In this document: one piece after another, positions 18,395-28,650 of the stretch
Numbering within the stretch: the stretch's first letter is position 1
How the letters are laid out: each line of letters begins with the position of its first letter
Assembly: GCA_903904335.1 (NCBI GenBank)
Contig: CAIVCF010000153.1
Location: 13,070 to 77,069 of the forward strand
DNA from: an uncultured Chitinophagaceae bacterium
Lineage (GTDB): Bacteria > Bacteroidota > Bacteroidia > Chitinophagales > Chitinophagaceae
DNA: 64,000 nt
Reading direction: 5' to 3'
The notes under the pieces: generated by a model
What the model was told of the DNA's origin: nothing
The model's database searches: none
The model's input: only the letters and a program-made list of their open reading frames with translations
Program-made: the position numbers and the translations under genes

Positions 18395-20509
18395 TTATTT
18401 AAAGATCCAATAAACAAACAGGCTCATTACATATGCCAAACCGGTCATGTAGATAAATTGTATTACCGGCCATTTCCAAGTTTTTGTTTCACGTTTAACA
18501 ACGGCCAATGTACTCATGCATTGCATGGCTAAAACATAAAAAACCATTAAAGATAATGCCGCCGCCAATGTGTAAACCTTAGAACCATCTTCGTTTTTAG
18601 CGGCTTGTAGTTTTTCTCGTAAAGAGGTGTTATCGTTTTCTTCAACGCTGTATAAAGTTGCCATTGTTCCAACAAAAACTTCTCTTGCTGCAAAAGAAGT
18701 AATGATGGCAATACCAATTTTCCAATCATAACCCAGGGGTTTAATTACGGGTTCAATGGCTTGTCCTAATAAACCTGCATAAGAATTTTGTAATTTCTCG
18801 GCCGATAAATTTCTTTGTAAAGCATGTTGGTGCTGCGGTTGCTGCTTTATCATTACCGCATACCTTTCTTCTACTTTTTTCATTCTTTCACCAGGACCGA
18901 AAGAACTTAAGAACCATAAGAGCAAACTGATGATCATAATAATTCTACCGGCATCAGTCACAAATATTTTTGCTTTTTCAATCATGGTGATGCCCACATT
19001 CTTCCAACGCGGTGCACGATAGATCGGTAATTCCAAAATGAAAAAACTTTTTTCTTTCAGTTTGATGAATCCTTTCAAAACATAACTAACGATCAAAGCC
19101 ATCACCAATCCCAATAAATACAATCCCATCATCACCAATCCCTGTAAACTCAAGAAACCGAAATAATATTTATTATCGATAACAAGAGAGATCAAGATTG
19201 TGTACACGGGTAATCTTGCACTGCAACTCATCAATGGTGTAACCAGAATCGTTAATAATCTTTCTTTTTTATTTTCAATATTTCTCGCACTCATGATGGC
19301 AGGCACGGCACAGGCAAACCCACTGATCATAGGCATTACACTCTTCCCATTCAACCCGACTTTACGCATTAATTTATCACTCAAAAAACTGATGCGTGCC
19401 ATATAACCGCTGTCTTCCAAAATGGTGATCAATCCAAACAAGATCATGATCTGCGGAATGAAAACTAAGATGCCGCTTAAACCTGCTACAAACCCGTTAT
19501 TGATCAAATTACTCCACCATGTATCAGGTAAATTTGAATGCAAATAATTACCCAGTTGCTTGAAACTCCATTCAATTCCATCCATCGGAAAACGTGCCAG
19601 CCAAAAAATACTTTGAAACAATAAAAACAAAACAGATAATAAAATGAGATAACCCCATTTGCGGTGCAATAAAATATCATCTAATCTATCTGTGAATCTT
19701 TTCTTTTCCTGCGGATCAGGCTCGATCACATTTTTTTTCATGATCTGTTTAATATGCTGATAACGCTGCAATATTTCTTCTGCCTGTGTTTTGGTAGGAT
19801 TGAATTTATTATCGATCTCTATTTGTTCGATGGCATTTTGTGTTGCTTCATCGAATGGAAAACTTTCGTGACTGATGAGATGGTGAATAGCCGCATAATC
19901 ACTTAACTGCGGAAATATCTTTTGAATACTTTCAATCGATGCAGGCGCTAATTTTTTATTGTCGATAAAATCTGTAAGTGAGACTTCATTATTTTTTTTA
20001 ACGATCTTTGTCAACGCTTTATTCAATTGCGGCAAACCTTTGTTCTTTCTTGCATTCACAGAAATAACGGGAACACCGAGATCATCCTGTAATCCTGCAA
20101 TATCAATCTTGATTCCTTTTTTAACAGCAAGGTCATTCATCGTTAATGCAATAACAACAGGCACTTTCAGATCGATGATCTGACTGCAGAATAGCAGATT
20201 GCGTTTTAAATTACTTGCATCGGCTACCAATAAAATAATATCGGCTTTGATTTCTTCATCCGCATTCATCAATACCTTATAGGAAACCCATTCATCAGAT
20301 CGTCGCGGATACAAAGAATAAGTGCCGGGCAGATCAATCAATTCAACTTTTGACCCGTCTTCCAAAGTAAGTGACCCTGTTTTTTTATCAACTGTTACGC
20401 CGGGAAAGTTACCCACTTTTTGGTTCAAACCAGTCAAAGCATTGAACAGAGAGGTTTTGCCGCTGTTGGGATTGCCCACTAATGCAATATGTAATGCTCT
20501 TTTTTTCAA
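18395..20509 (-). CDS. feoB: ferrous iron transport protein B
   Basis: G-domain GNPNSGKTSLFNALTG, DLPGTYSL, then a polytopic permease. A TTG start at 20507-20509 is proposed because a TAnnTTTG promoter box lies inside the longer track ORF (ATG at 20584). Confidence 0.88.
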   Translation of the reverse strand: MKKRALHIALVGNPNSGKTSLFNALTGLNQKVGNFPGVTVDKKTGSLTLEDGSKVELIDLPGTYSLYPRRSDEWVSYKVLMNADEEIKADIILLVADASNLKRNLLFCSQIIDLKVPVVIALTMNDLAVKKGIKIDIAGLQDDLGVPVISVNARKNKGLPQLNKALTKIVKKNNEVSLTDFIDNKKLAPASIESIQKIFPQLSDYAAIHHLISHESFPFDEATQNAIEQIEIDNKFNPTKTQAEEILQRYQHIKQIMKKNVIEPDPQEKKRFTDRLDDILLHRKWGYLILLSVLFLLFQSIFWLARFPMDGIEWSFKQLGNYLHSNLPDTWWSNLINNGFVAGLSGILVFIPQIMILFGLITILEDSGYMARISFLSDKLMRKVGLNGKSVMPMISGFACAVPAIMSARNIENKKERLLTILVTPLMSCSARLPVYTILISLVIDNKYYFGFLSLQGLVMMGLYLLGLVMALIVSYVLKGFIKLKEKSFFILELPIYRAPRWKNVGITMIEKAKIFVTDAGRIIMIISLLLWFLSSFGPGERMKKVEERYAVMIKQQPQHQHALQRNLSAEKLQNSYAGLLGQAIEPVIKPLGYDWKIGIAIITSFAAREVFVGTMATLYSVEENDNTSLREKLQAAKNEDGSKVYTLAAALSLMVFYVLAMQCMSTLAVVKRETKTWKWPVIQFIYMTGLAYVMSLFVYWIFK

Positions 20510-20526
20510 ATGCTGATTTGCGTTGG

Positions 20527-20534
20527 CAAATGTA
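20527..20534 (-). promoter_or_regulatory. Bacteroidota -7 promoter box (TAnnTTTG) for feoB
   Basis: The minus strand reads TACATTTG; a 17-nt spacer separates the box from the proposed TTG start, close to the 16-nt spacer at carB. Confidence 0.45.
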
Positions 20535-20644
20535 ACTGCGAAGTATAGGGATAGGTTACGCGTTCGGGAAAAGAATATTTGCATAAGAATAACAAAGAAG
20601 AAACTTAGTACGTTTACTTTTGTAAATACTCAAACATCGGCTGT

Positions 20645-22294
20645 ATGAAAAAACTTTTACTTATTATTTTACTGGTACCTGTGTTCTCGATTGCACAAAG
20701 CAAAAAGAAAAAACTGAAAGCAGAACAACAAGCAAATACACTATTGGCTGCCAATTTGAAAGCCCATGTGCAATATTTAGCTGATGATAAATTAGAAGGA
20801 AGAAGAACAGGAACAGCCGGTGAAGTATTGGCCATGCAATACATCAGCAAACAATATGAACAGATCGGAATTGAGCCGAAAGCCTCAAACGGATATATAC
20901 AGGAATTTGATATTGATGAAGGCAAACAAGCCGATGAAAAAAATACTTTTATAAAAGTGAATGATAAAAAAGCAGAATTGAATAACGATTTTTTCCCCTT
21001 GGCATTTAGTGCAAATAAAACTGTGAAAGGCACACCGGCCGTGGCTTTGAATGAAAGTGGTCAACCTTGGTTTAGAGATGTAAAAGAAGTACTGGAAGAA
21101 AATCAATCCAATCCACATTTTGATATTTTTGATTTCATTAAAAAAGATGCAGATAAGATCGCTGAGAAAGGTGCTACAGCTTTGGTGTTGTATAATAGTT
21201 CATCTGTAACAGATAATATTCAATTCAATAAGAATGATAAATCTGAGGTAACAAAAATTCCTGTTTTTTATATAACAAAAGACGGGTTTAAAAAATATTT
21301 CAGCGATGTCTCTGCCACAGTAAATATTGAGTTGGGCGTTGCTTTTACAAAACGAATCAGAAAGGCAAGAAATGTGGTTGGCTTTATCAATAACAATGCA
21401 GCAAATACGGTTATACTCGGAGCACATTATGATCATTTGGGTTATGGAGAAGATCACAATGCTTTAGATACAGGGCATGTGATTCATAACGGTGCCGATG
21501 ATAATGCCAGTGGTACTGCGGCTTTGATAGAATTGGCAAGGCTGCTGAAAAGAGCATCACCGAAAAATAATAATTATCTCATCATTAATTTTTCTGGAGA
21601 AGAATTGGGTTTATTCGGAAGTAAATATTGGTTGGAACATCCCACCACAAATATCACCCCTAATTATATGATCAATATGGATATGGTGGGAAGATATGAT
21701 ACCACACATAAATTAACCATCGGAGGCTACGGAACATCACCTGTTTGGGGAGAAATTTTTCAAACGACAACTGACAAAAATCTCAGCATAAAATTTGATA
21801 GTTCCGGTGCAGGTCCGAGCGATCACGAAGCATTCTACAGAAAAGATATGCCGGTATTATTTTTCTTCACAGGAAGTCATTCTGATTATCACAAAGCAAC
21901 AGATGATTGGCAAAAAATTAATTATGACGGTGAAAGAGAGATCGTACAATACATCTACCAACTAATTGCTGTAACTGATGCAAAAGGAAAACTAAGTTTT
22001 ACAAAAACAAGCGAACCTAAAATGGGTCGCAGCGAAAAATTTACTGTTAGTTTAGGTATTATGCCCGACTATGGTTTTACAGGAACCGGCGTAAGGGCTG
22101 ATGGAATTAGTCCGGGTAAATTAGCCGAAAGAATTGGCTTGCAGGCAGGTGATGTTTTATTGCAATTGGGCGATTATAAATTTGTAGATGTGATGAGTTA
22201 TATGAAGGTTTTGGGTAAGTTTAAAAAGGGAGATAAAACAAAGCTGATCATCAAAAGAAAAGAAGAAGAAAAAGAATTTAATATTGAATTTTAA
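20645..22294 (+). CDS. M28 family metallopeptidase with C-terminal PDZ domain
   Basis: Signal peptide. M28 motifs GAHYDHLG, GADDNASGTAALIELAR, FSGEELGLFGS, NMDMVG. C-terminal PDZ-like GLQAGDVLLQLGD. Confidence 0.85.
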   Translation: MKKLLLIILLVPVFSIAQSKKKKLKAEQQANTLLAANLKAHVQYLADDKLEGRRTGTAGEVLAMQYISKQYEQIGIEPKASNGYIQEFDIDEGKQADEKNTFIKVNDKKAELNNDFFPLAFSANKTVKGTPAVALNESGQPWFRDVKEVLEENQSNPHFDIFDFIKKDADKIAEKGATALVLYNSSSVTDNIQFNKNDKSEVTKIPVFYITKDGFKKYFSDVSATVNIELGVAFTKRIRKARNVVGFINNNAANTVILGAHYDHLGYGEDHNALDTGHVIHNGADDNASGTAALIELARLLKRASPKNNNYLIINFSGEELGLFGSKYWLEHPTTNITPNYMINMDMVGRYDTTHKLTIGGYGTSPVWGEIFQTTTDKNLSIKFDSSGAGPSDHEAFYRKDMPVLFFFTGSHSDYHKATDDWQKINYDGEREIVQYIYQLIAVTDAKGKLSFTKTSEPKMGRSEKFTVSLGIMPDYGFTGTGVRADGISPGKLAERIGLQAGDVLLQLGDYKFVDVMSYMKVLGKFKKGDKTKLIIKRKEEEKEFNIEF

Positions 22295-22296
22295 AA

Positions 22297-22734
22297 GTGG
22301 CGAAACAAGTTTTAGATATTGTATCACTGAATGAAGGTTTCTTCGAAGAAACACGTCTATTGGGCATTACAGCACCGTTAAAAAATTATCAGTTCTGCTT
22401 GCAGTTAAATAAATTGGCAGGCTTTGATTTCCGCTTGAACGCTGATTATGAAATTCATTTAAAGAAAAAAGACAGGAGTTACTATTTTAATATTTATGAA
22501 TCGAAAGAACCCAATAGTTTTTTAATTCATTATTTATATCACAACCAATTTGATGGTGAATATCTATTGCCTGAATTCAAACACATGGATTTTTTATGGT
22601 TAATGAAAGGAGATATGGTCGATGATGAAAAATGTAATTGGATCAAGCAATCCATCAAATCGATCAATGGAGTTCAGATGGTGGCAGAATTAACCAATGA
22701 GCAGATCAAGAACAAAGGCAATATGGTTTTTTGA
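22297..22734 (+). CDS. IPExxxVDY family protein (Bacteroidota-specific, unknown function)
   Basis: 145 aa. LLPEFKHMDFLWLMKG corresponds to the family's (I/L)PExxx(V/M)D(Y/F) motif. GTG start 2 nt after the upstream stop. Confidence 0.55.
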   Translation: MAKQVLDIVSLNEGFFEETRLLGITAPLKNYQFCLQLNKLAGFDFRLNADYEIHLKKKDRSYYFNIYESKEPNSFLIHYLYHNQFDGEYLLPEFKHMDFLWLMKGDMVDDEKCNWIKQSIKSINGVQMVAELTNEQIKNKGNMVF

Positions 22735-22747
22735 TACCAGCGATTTT

Positions 22748-22782
22748 TTTCATGGCATCATCGTTGCGTCGCACTCTTGTGC
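22748..22782 (+). repeat. member of a short structured intergenic repeat family (core tcgttgcgtcgcactcttgtgc)
   Basis: 22761-22780 is a perfect reverse-complement match to 47124-47143 (20/20). 22766-22782 matches 27279-27295 at 16/17. The 12-mer tttcatggcatc is shared with 17383-17394. Confidence 0.7.
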
Positions 22783-22814
22783 TTCATATCTTTTATCAAA
22801 CAAAAACTTAAAAC

Positions 22815-23045
22815 ATGTGGACAGAACAAAACAACAAGCTCTATAAAAAATTTCAGTTTAAAAATTTTTCTGAAGCATTTGCATTCATGACACGTGTTGC
22901 CATTGAAGCAGAAAAAATGGACCATCATCCATTATGGACAAATGTGTATAATAAAGTAGAAATTTGGTTAAACACACATGATGCAGGAGATATCGTTACG
23001 GAGAAAGACCATCAATTGGCAAAAAAAATTGATGCTTTGTTATAA
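22815..23045 (+). CDS. 4a-hydroxytetrahydrobiopterin dehydratase (pterin-4-alpha-carbinolamine dehydratase)
   Basis: 76 aa. [42 protein letters not shown] is the PCD signature. Confidence 0.88.
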   Translation: MWTEQNNKLYKKFQFKNFSEAFAFMTRVAIEAEKMDHHPLWTNVYNKVEIWLNTHDAGDIVTEKDHQLAKKIDALL

Positions 23046-23813
23046 TTGCCATTCCACTTCGCCCCACATAAAATTTTCCTGAGCGGCACCGCTTACCATT
23101 AATTCACCTTTAACATTCACTCCTTCAATCACGCAATGAAAAGCAGCGTTCTTTTTTTTCAAACGAACCGTTTGATGCAGTTTATACAAATACAAATTGT
23201 ACTCTTGCAACTGTTTTTTATCGAAACCTTTTTTTAATTCGGTAAAGCGTTTTTGCAAACAAACGCAAAGCTCTTTTGCCAATAAAACGGTATTGAAATT
23301 TTTTCCGGTTATTTGTTTTAATGAAACGGGGTTGACTAAGTTTTTTGGGAAAACTGTTTGATTAATGTTAATTCCTATGCCCGCAACCGCCCATTTCCAA
23401 ACCGCTTTGCCTGCCTTATTTGTTGTAACTGACGATTCAATCAAAATGCCCCCTGCCTTCCTGTCACGCCAATAAATATCATTAGGCCATTTTATTTTGG
23501 TTTCATCACCTGCATATTTACTGAACAGGTCGTATCCCCCCAAAGCCACAGCAATGCTGAGTAAAAACTGCTGATGCATGGATAAGAAGGATGTGTCAAG
23601 CGTTACACTGAGTATAATATTGCTGCCGGGTTCAGCATTCCAAGCCTTACCTCTTTGGCCCTTGCCTTTGGTTTGAGCATGGGCAAAGAATGCAGTACCA
23701 TGTGCAGCCAAATTTGCTTGCAGCTTGTCAAAGGCATAGTTATTGGTACTGTCAACTGCATCTAATTCTATGAATGGATGCCCGATTGTATTTATGGTAG
23801 AAGATGATGACAA
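23040..23813 (-). CDS. birA: biotin--[acetyl-CoA-carboxylase] ligase (no HTH domain)
   Basis: [13 protein letters not shown] (GRGRxGR-type biotin loop), KWPNDIY, GIGIN. Confidence 0.88.
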   Translation of the reverse strand: MSSSSTINTIGHPFIELDAVDSTNNYAFDKLQANLAAHGTAFFAHAQTKGKGQRGKAWNAEPGSNIILSVTLDTSFLSMHQQFLLSIAVALGGYDLFSKYAGDETKIKWPNDIYWRDRKAGGILIESSVTTNKAGKAVWKWAVAGIGININQTVFPKNLVNPVSLKQITGKNFNTVLLAKELCVCLQKRFTELKKGFDKKQLQEYNLYLYKLHQTVRLKKKNAAFHCVIEGVNVKGELMVSGAAQENFMWGEVEWQL

Positions 23814-24017
23814 AGAATTGTTACTTTTGACGAAGATAAATGAAGTGACAATTTAAAACCGGATATGGGTTAATTCATTTCCGATAATAAATAGGCAATC
23901 ATAAAATATAATTGGAGTGAAAACGTCTTTCTTTGAAAAGAGTAAAGACAGCTCAAATTGAGAAAAACACTTCAGCCAAGAAACAAAAAATTATTTCACA
24001 ACAAATTCGATTAATTA

Positions 24018-24422
24018 TTGACAACTCTTTCTGTTTTGAGCAGCCGTAAAAAAAGTACAGTTACGAGGCTGACACGTAGTTCGAAGATTTTTAAAACCAT
24101 TATCAAAGCAATTCAGGATAAAAAAGGTGAGCAATTGGTGAGCTTGGATCTTCGCAAAATTCCCGAAGCAGTTGCTGATTTTTTTATTATTTGTCAGGCA
24201 ACAAGCAATACGCAGATTCGAGCCATCAGCGACTTTATTGAAGAGCAGGTGAGATTGAATTGCGGAGAAGCGCCTTACAAGCATGAAGGGAAACAGGGCA
24301 TGCACTGGGTATTGATCGATTATGTAAATATTGTGGTGCATGTAATGCAGCCCGACACAAGAAAATTTTACAGATTGGAAGAAATGTGGAACGATGCACC
24401 TGTTACAGGGCATGATGACTAA
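24018..24422 (+). CDS. rsfS: ribosome silencing factor
   Basis: IIKAIQDKKGEQLVSLDLRKI..ADFFIICQATSNTQIRAI...WVLIDYVNIVVHVM matches the RsfS/iojap pattern. TTG start; the exact start is uncertain. Confidence 0.82.
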   Translation: MTTLSVLSSRKKSTVTRLTRSSKIFKTIIKAIQDKKGEQLVSLDLRKIPEAVADFFIICQATSNTQIRAISDFIEEQVRLNCGEAPYKHEGKQGMHWVLIDYVNIVVHVMQPDTRKFYRLEEMWNDAPVTGHDD

Positions 24423-24474
24423 AGTAAAACACAGTTTTAACGACTGATATATTATTAATTGAAGCAACCGATTT

Positions 24475-26550
24475 ATGACACAAGAAGATAACAAAACAAA
24501 ATTCCCTTTTACCAACAGTGGCGACGATAAACCTCAACGCAAAGGACCTAAATTCAGCATTTATTGGATATACCTCATCATATTTGCAGTATTGGTGGGT
24601 TCTGCTTTTTATAAATTCAGTCCCGAATCTTCTCCCACATCTCAACAGGAAGTTTTTAATCAAATGATCGCAAAAGGTGATGTTGAAAAATTAGACATCA
24701 TCAGAAATAAGGGATTGGTAAGGGTTTATATTAAAGCAGATAGTATCGTAAAACCTTTTTACGAAACAAAACTGAAAACAAAATTAACACCCGACAAAGT
24801 AAAAGGAGTTCCTCTTTTTCAATTCAATATCACTGACCTGAAAGTTTGGAATGATGATATCAATGAATTTTATAAAGAAAATCCGACAGTTGAACATGTG
24901 CAGGCTTATCCAAAAGATGATTCAGATTTCTTAGGCGGTCCGATTGTGAGCACCATCATTTCCATGTTGGTAATCGTTGGATTATGGATCTTATTGATGC
25001 GTAAAATGGGTGGTGGTGGTCCTGGTGGCGGTGGCCCCGGCGGTATATTCAATATTGGAAAATCAAAAGCAACTTTATTTGATAAGGGCGCAAAAGTTAA
25101 TATCACTTTTACCGATGTTGCAGGATTAGATGAAGCAAAAGTGGAAGTGATGGAGATAGTTGACTTCTTAAAAAATCCAAAAAAATATACTTCACTTGGT
25201 GGTAAAATCCCAAAAGGTGCTTTATTGATCGGTCCTCCGGGTACCGGTAAAACATTATTGGCAAAAGCAATGGCAGGTGAAGCACAAGTTCCTTTCTTCA
25301 GTTTAAGCGGATCCGATTTTGTTGAGATGTTTGTTGGTGTTGGTGCAAGTCGTGTTCGTGATTTATTCAAACAGGCAAGAGAAAAAGCACCATGTATTAT
25401 TTTCATTGATGAGATTGATGCAATTGGTAGAGCACGCGGAAGAAATGCCATCATGAGTAATGATGAAAGAGAAAATACATTGAACCAATTATTGGTAGAG
25501 ATGGATGGATTTGGTGGCGATACCGGAATTATTATTCTGGCTGCAACCAACAGACCCGATGTGTTAGACAGTGCTTTATTAAGACCGGGAAGATTCGACC
25601 GTCAAATATCAATTGATAAACCTGATGTTAAGGGACGTGAAGCGATTTTTAAAGTGCATTTAATGCCGATCAAAGTTTCTGAAACATTGGATATTTATAA
25701 ACTTGCAGAACAAACACCTGGATTTGCCGGCGCTGATATTGCTAATGTTTGTAACGAAGCAGCATTGATCGCAGCAAGAAAAGATAAGTTAGCAGTTGAC
25801 ATGAGTGATTTCCAGGATGCCATTGATCGTGTGATCGGCGGATTGGAAAAGAAAAATAAAATCATTGCTCCTTACGAAAAAGAAGTGATCGCTTATCACG
25901 AAGCCGGTCATGCTATTTGCGGATGGTTTTTGGAACATGCATATCCATTATTAAAAGTTACTATTGTTCCGAGAGGCACAGCAGCACTGGGTTATGCGCA
26001 ATACACGCCGAAGGAACAATACTTATATAATACCGATCAATTGATGGATCAAATTTGTATGACCTTGGGTGGTCGTGCTGCAGAACAAATTTTCTTTGGA
26101 AAAATTTCAACAGGAGCATCAAACGATCTGCAACAAATCACTCGTATCGCTTACAGCATGGTGACAGCTTATGGTATGAATGATAAAATTGGTAATGTAA
26201 GTTTCTATGATCCTACACAAGAACAAACTTTTACAAAACCATTCAGTGAAGAAACAGGGAAAATCATTGATGAAGAAGTAAGAGGGATTATTGATGAAGC
26301 ATATCAACGCACTATTCAATTATTGACTGAGAAAAAAGCAGAAGTAGAAATATTGGCCAAAGAATTATTGGATAAAGAAGTATTGCATAAGAGTGATGTG
26401 GAAGAACTGATCGGTAAACGTCCGTTTGAAGAAAAGAAAATTTTAGAAGATATAGAACCCGATCCGATTGGTGGTGTACCTCCTGCAGATATCATTGCTC
26501 CACTGCCAATAGTTGATGATAAAGTTCCTACCCCTAAAGTTGAAAACTAA
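24475..26550 (+). CDS. ftsH: ATP-dependent zinc metalloprotease FtsH
   Basis: Two TM helices, Walker [14 protein letters not shown], Walker [31 protein letters not shown], zinc site HEAGHA. Confidence 0.97.
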   Translation: MTQEDNKTKFPFTNSGDDKPQRKGPKFSIYWIYLIIFAVLVGSAFYKFSPESSPTSQQEVFNQMIAKGDVEKLDIIRNKGLVRVYIKADSIVKPFYETKLKTKLTPDKVKGVPLFQFNITDLKVWNDDINEFYKENPTVEHVQAYPKDDSDFLGGPIVSTIISMLVIVGLWILLMRKMGGGGPGGGGPGGIFNIGKSKATLFDKGAKVNITFTDVAGLDEAKVEVMEIVDFLKNPKKYTSLGGKIPKGALLIGPPGTGKTLLAKAMAGEAQVPFFSLSGSDFVEMFVGVGASRVRDLFKQAREKAPCIIFIDEIDAIGRARGRNAIMSNDERENTLNQLLVEMDGFGGDTGIIILAATNRPDVLDSALLRPGRFDRQISIDKPDVKGREAIFKVHLMPIKVSETLDIYKLAEQTPGFAGADIANVCNEAALIAARKDKLAVDMSDFQDAIDRVIGGLEKKNKIIAPYEKEVIAYHEAGHAICGWFLEHAYPLLKVTIVPRGTAALGYAQYTPKEQYLYNTDQLMDQICMTLGGRAAEQIFFGKISTGASNDLQQITRIAYSMVTAYGMNDKIGNVSFYDPTQEQTFTKPFSEETGKIIDEEVRGIIDEAYQRTIQLLTEKKAEVEILAKELLDKEVLHKSDVEELIGKRPFEEKKILEDIEPDPIGGVPPADIIAPLPIVDDKVPTPKVEN

Positions 26551-26573
26551 AATTCATCTGTAATTGTGAAGCA

Positions 26574-27206
26574 ATGGCAAATACAGCAAAAGAAAATATT
26601 TTAAAAAAAATAAGACAGGCACTGGCTCATCCGGTGCCTGTTCCTTTTCCGCAAAGCGAAGGGAACGATTCAGTATTTCAATTGTCAACAAAAGAATTGG
26701 AATTAGAATTCGCAGAAAATTTTACAAGCTTGCTTGGAAGGTTTTCTTTTTGTGCAAATGAAAAAGAGCTGGTGGAACAACTCAATACTTTAGCCATTGC
26801 CAGAAAATGGGAAAAGATATTTTGCGTGGAAGATGATGTTAAACAAAATCTATTTGCAAATGGATTCACGAATATTGCTGCAACTGATTTAAAAACATGC
26901 GACGCTTCCATTACATCCTGCGAATTATTGATTGCCAGAACAGGTAGTCTTTTGTTAAGCAGTGCATCACAAAGTGGCAGAACTGTAAGCGTATATGCAC
27001 CCATTCATATTTGTATTGCATACAGCAACCAATTGGTGTACGATATTAAAGATGGGTTGCAAATCCTGAAAGAAAAATATAAAAACAATCTTCCTTCTCT
27101 TATTAGTTTGGCTACCGGTCCGAGCCGCACTGCAGATATTGAAAAAACATTGGTGGTGGGTGTGCATGGACCAAAAGAAGTATTCTGTTTTTTAGTTGAT
27201 AAATAA
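26574..27206 (+). CDS. LUD domain-containing protein (LutC/YkgG-like)
   Basis: 210 aa. N-terminal ILKKIRQAL and C-terminal SRTADIE..LVVGVHGP resemble the LutC family. No lutA or lutB is adjacent. Confidence 0.65.
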   Translation: MANTAKENILKKIRQALAHPVPVPFPQSEGNDSVFQLSTKELELEFAENFTSLLGRFSFCANEKELVEQLNTLAIARKWEKIFCVEDDVKQNLFANGFTNIAATDLKTCDASITSCELLIARTGSLLLSSASQSGRTVSVYAPIHICIAYSNQLVYDIKDGLQILKEKYKNNLPSLISLATGPSRTADIEKTLVVGVHGPKEVFCFLVDK

Positions 27207-27260
27207 TAAACACACTTATTTTTTGTACCGGCAACAGAACAAGCATAAAACTGTTGTTGT

Positions 27261-27356
27261 CCAAAGGACTCCTTTGGAGCGTCGCACACTTGTGCTGTTG
27301 GTTCTTTGCTGTACTCAAAAAGTTCAATAATGATATGAACGTTGAAGTGAGTGACA
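27261..27356. repeat. composite copy of the intergenic repeat family (hairpin + forward core + inverted core)
   Basis: Palindrome ccaaagga-c-tcctttgg, then core gcgtcgcacacttgtgc (27279-27295). gaacgttgaagtgagtgac (27338-27356) matches the reverse complement of 33662-33680 at 17/19. Confidence 0.6.
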
Positions 27357-27447
27357 CAACGAAGCTTAATCTTTGTTGTAAAAGCCGATAGCAAAATAAA
27401 TTTTGACGATTCTTACATAACAATATTCCATTTATCTTTATACTATA

Positions 27448-27873
27448 ATGAAACCTGTTTATAACATATTTGTTTACGGCAGCTTGCGAAAAGGTTTTCA
27501 CAGCGATGCATACAATTATATCAGCCGATATTTTTATTTGGCAGCGGCTGATGCTAAAGTAAAAGGTAAATTGTATGATTTAGGTGAGTATCCTGCAGCG
27601 GTTGCAACAAACGAGGACTATTTTATTATCGGCGAGTTATACCACATTTCTCATGATGAAGAATTTAGTTGGGCCATTGAGCAGTTAGATGATTATGAAG
27701 GCATCAATATTGAAGTGCATGAACAAGCGACGTACAAAAGAGAACTTACAACAGTGCATGTGAATAATGAAACAGTAACGGCCTGGATCTATTGGTTTAC
27801 AGGTTCGGTGGAAGGAAAGCCTTTAATTGCAAGCGGTGATGTTTTCGAATATTTTAAGCAAAAGAATAAATGA
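27448..27873 (+). CDS. gamma-glutamylcyclotransferase family protein (AIG2-like)
   Basis: N-terminal IFVYGSLRKG and later LDDYEG motifs. Confidence 0.75.
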   Translation: MKPVYNIFVYGSLRKGFHSDAYNYISRYFYLAAADAKVKGKLYDLGEYPAAVATNEDYFIIGELYHISHDEEFSWAIEQLDDYEGINIEVHEQATYKRELTTVHVNNETVTAWIYWFTGSVEGKPLIASGDVFEYFKQKNK

Positions 27874-27882
27874 TTTGATGGC

Positions 27883-28641
27883 ATGAATGTAAGCCCCGAT
27901 AAAAAAATTTATTTCCTTTCTGATTTTCATCTTGGCGCACCGGATGCACAAAGCAGTTTGATAAGAGAAAAAAAGATCGTTTCTTTTTTAGACCATATTC
28001 AGCATGATGCTGCAGCCATTTTTATTGTAGGTGATATTTTTGATTTCTGGTATGAATACAGAAAAGTGGTCCCCAAAGGCTATGTTCGTTTGTTGGGAAA
28101 ATTAGCTGAATTAACAGACAAAGGATTGCCGATTTATTTTTTTGTGGGCAATCATGATATGTGGATGAAGGATTATTTTCAAAAAGAATTAAACATCCCT
28201 GTTTATTTCGAGCCCAAAACATTTGTGTGGAACAATAAACGATTTTATATCGGACACGGTGATGGTTTAGGTCCGGGCGATCATGGCTATAAATTCATTA
28301 AAAAAATATTTCGAAATAAACTTTGTCAATGGCTGTTTGGTCAACTGCATCCCACATGGGGATTGGGGTTGGCTAATTACTTCAGCGCAAAAAGCAGGGC
28401 AAAAACCGGAACAAGTGACGAGCATTTTTTGGGCGAAGAAGGCGAGTGGCTTATCGTGTATTGCAAAGAAATTTTACAACAAGAGCATTTTGATTATTTT
28501 ATTTTCGGTCATCGGCATTATCCCATAGATTTTGCATTGAATGATACAAGCCGATATATTAATTTAGGTGATTGGATCCGCAATTTTACCTATGCCAGTT
28601 TTGATGGCAATACTGTTGAATTAAAAAAATGGGAAGAATAA
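27883..28641 (+). CDS. lpxH: UDP-2,3-diacylglucosamine diphosphatase
   Basis: Calcineurin-like metallophosphoesterase motifs FLSDFHLG, VGDIFDFW, GNHD, GHGD, GHRH at LpxH size and spacing. Confidence 0.85.
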   Translation: MNVSPDKKIYFLSDFHLGAPDAQSSLIREKKIVSFLDHIQHDAAAIFIVGDIFDFWYEYRKVVPKGYVRLLGKLAELTDKGLPIYFFVGNHDMWMKDYFQKELNIPVYFEPKTFVWNNKRFYIGHGDGLGPGDHGYKFIKKIFRNKLCQWLFGQLHPTWGLGLANYFSAKSRAKTGTSDEHFLGEEGEWLIVYCKEILQQEHFDYFIFGHRHYPIDFALNDTSRYINLGDWIRNFTYASFDGNTVELKKWEE

Positions 28642-28650
28642 TATTGCAAC

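Noticed and set aside
24015-24515. 166-aa minus-strand ORF covering the whole rsfS gene and the ftsH start.
   Set aside because: The plus-strand frame encodes a recognisable RsfS. The antisense ORF is Cys/Phe-rich with no motif, which is the typical shadow ORF of AT-rich DNA.
25005-25050. GGT/GGC-rich microrepeat (ggtggtggtggtcctggtggcggtggccccggcggt).
   Set aside because: It lies in frame within ftsH and encodes the Gly/Pro linker [12 protein letters not shown] after the second TM helix. It is not a CRISPR or tandem-repeat locus.
26574-27206. Orphan LUD/LutC-like gene as a possible fragment of a lactate-utilisation operon.
   Set aside because: It is intact, has its own start 24 nt after ftsH, and shows no pseudogene signs. 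Stand-alone LUD-domain genes are common.
27005-27501. Two overlapping 129-aa minus-strand ORFs spanning the LUD-gene 3' end and the long intergenic gap.
   Set aside because: They overlap each other in different frames and run through the repeat and hairpin sequences. They have no recognisable domain. The region is better explained as a structured non-coding spacer.
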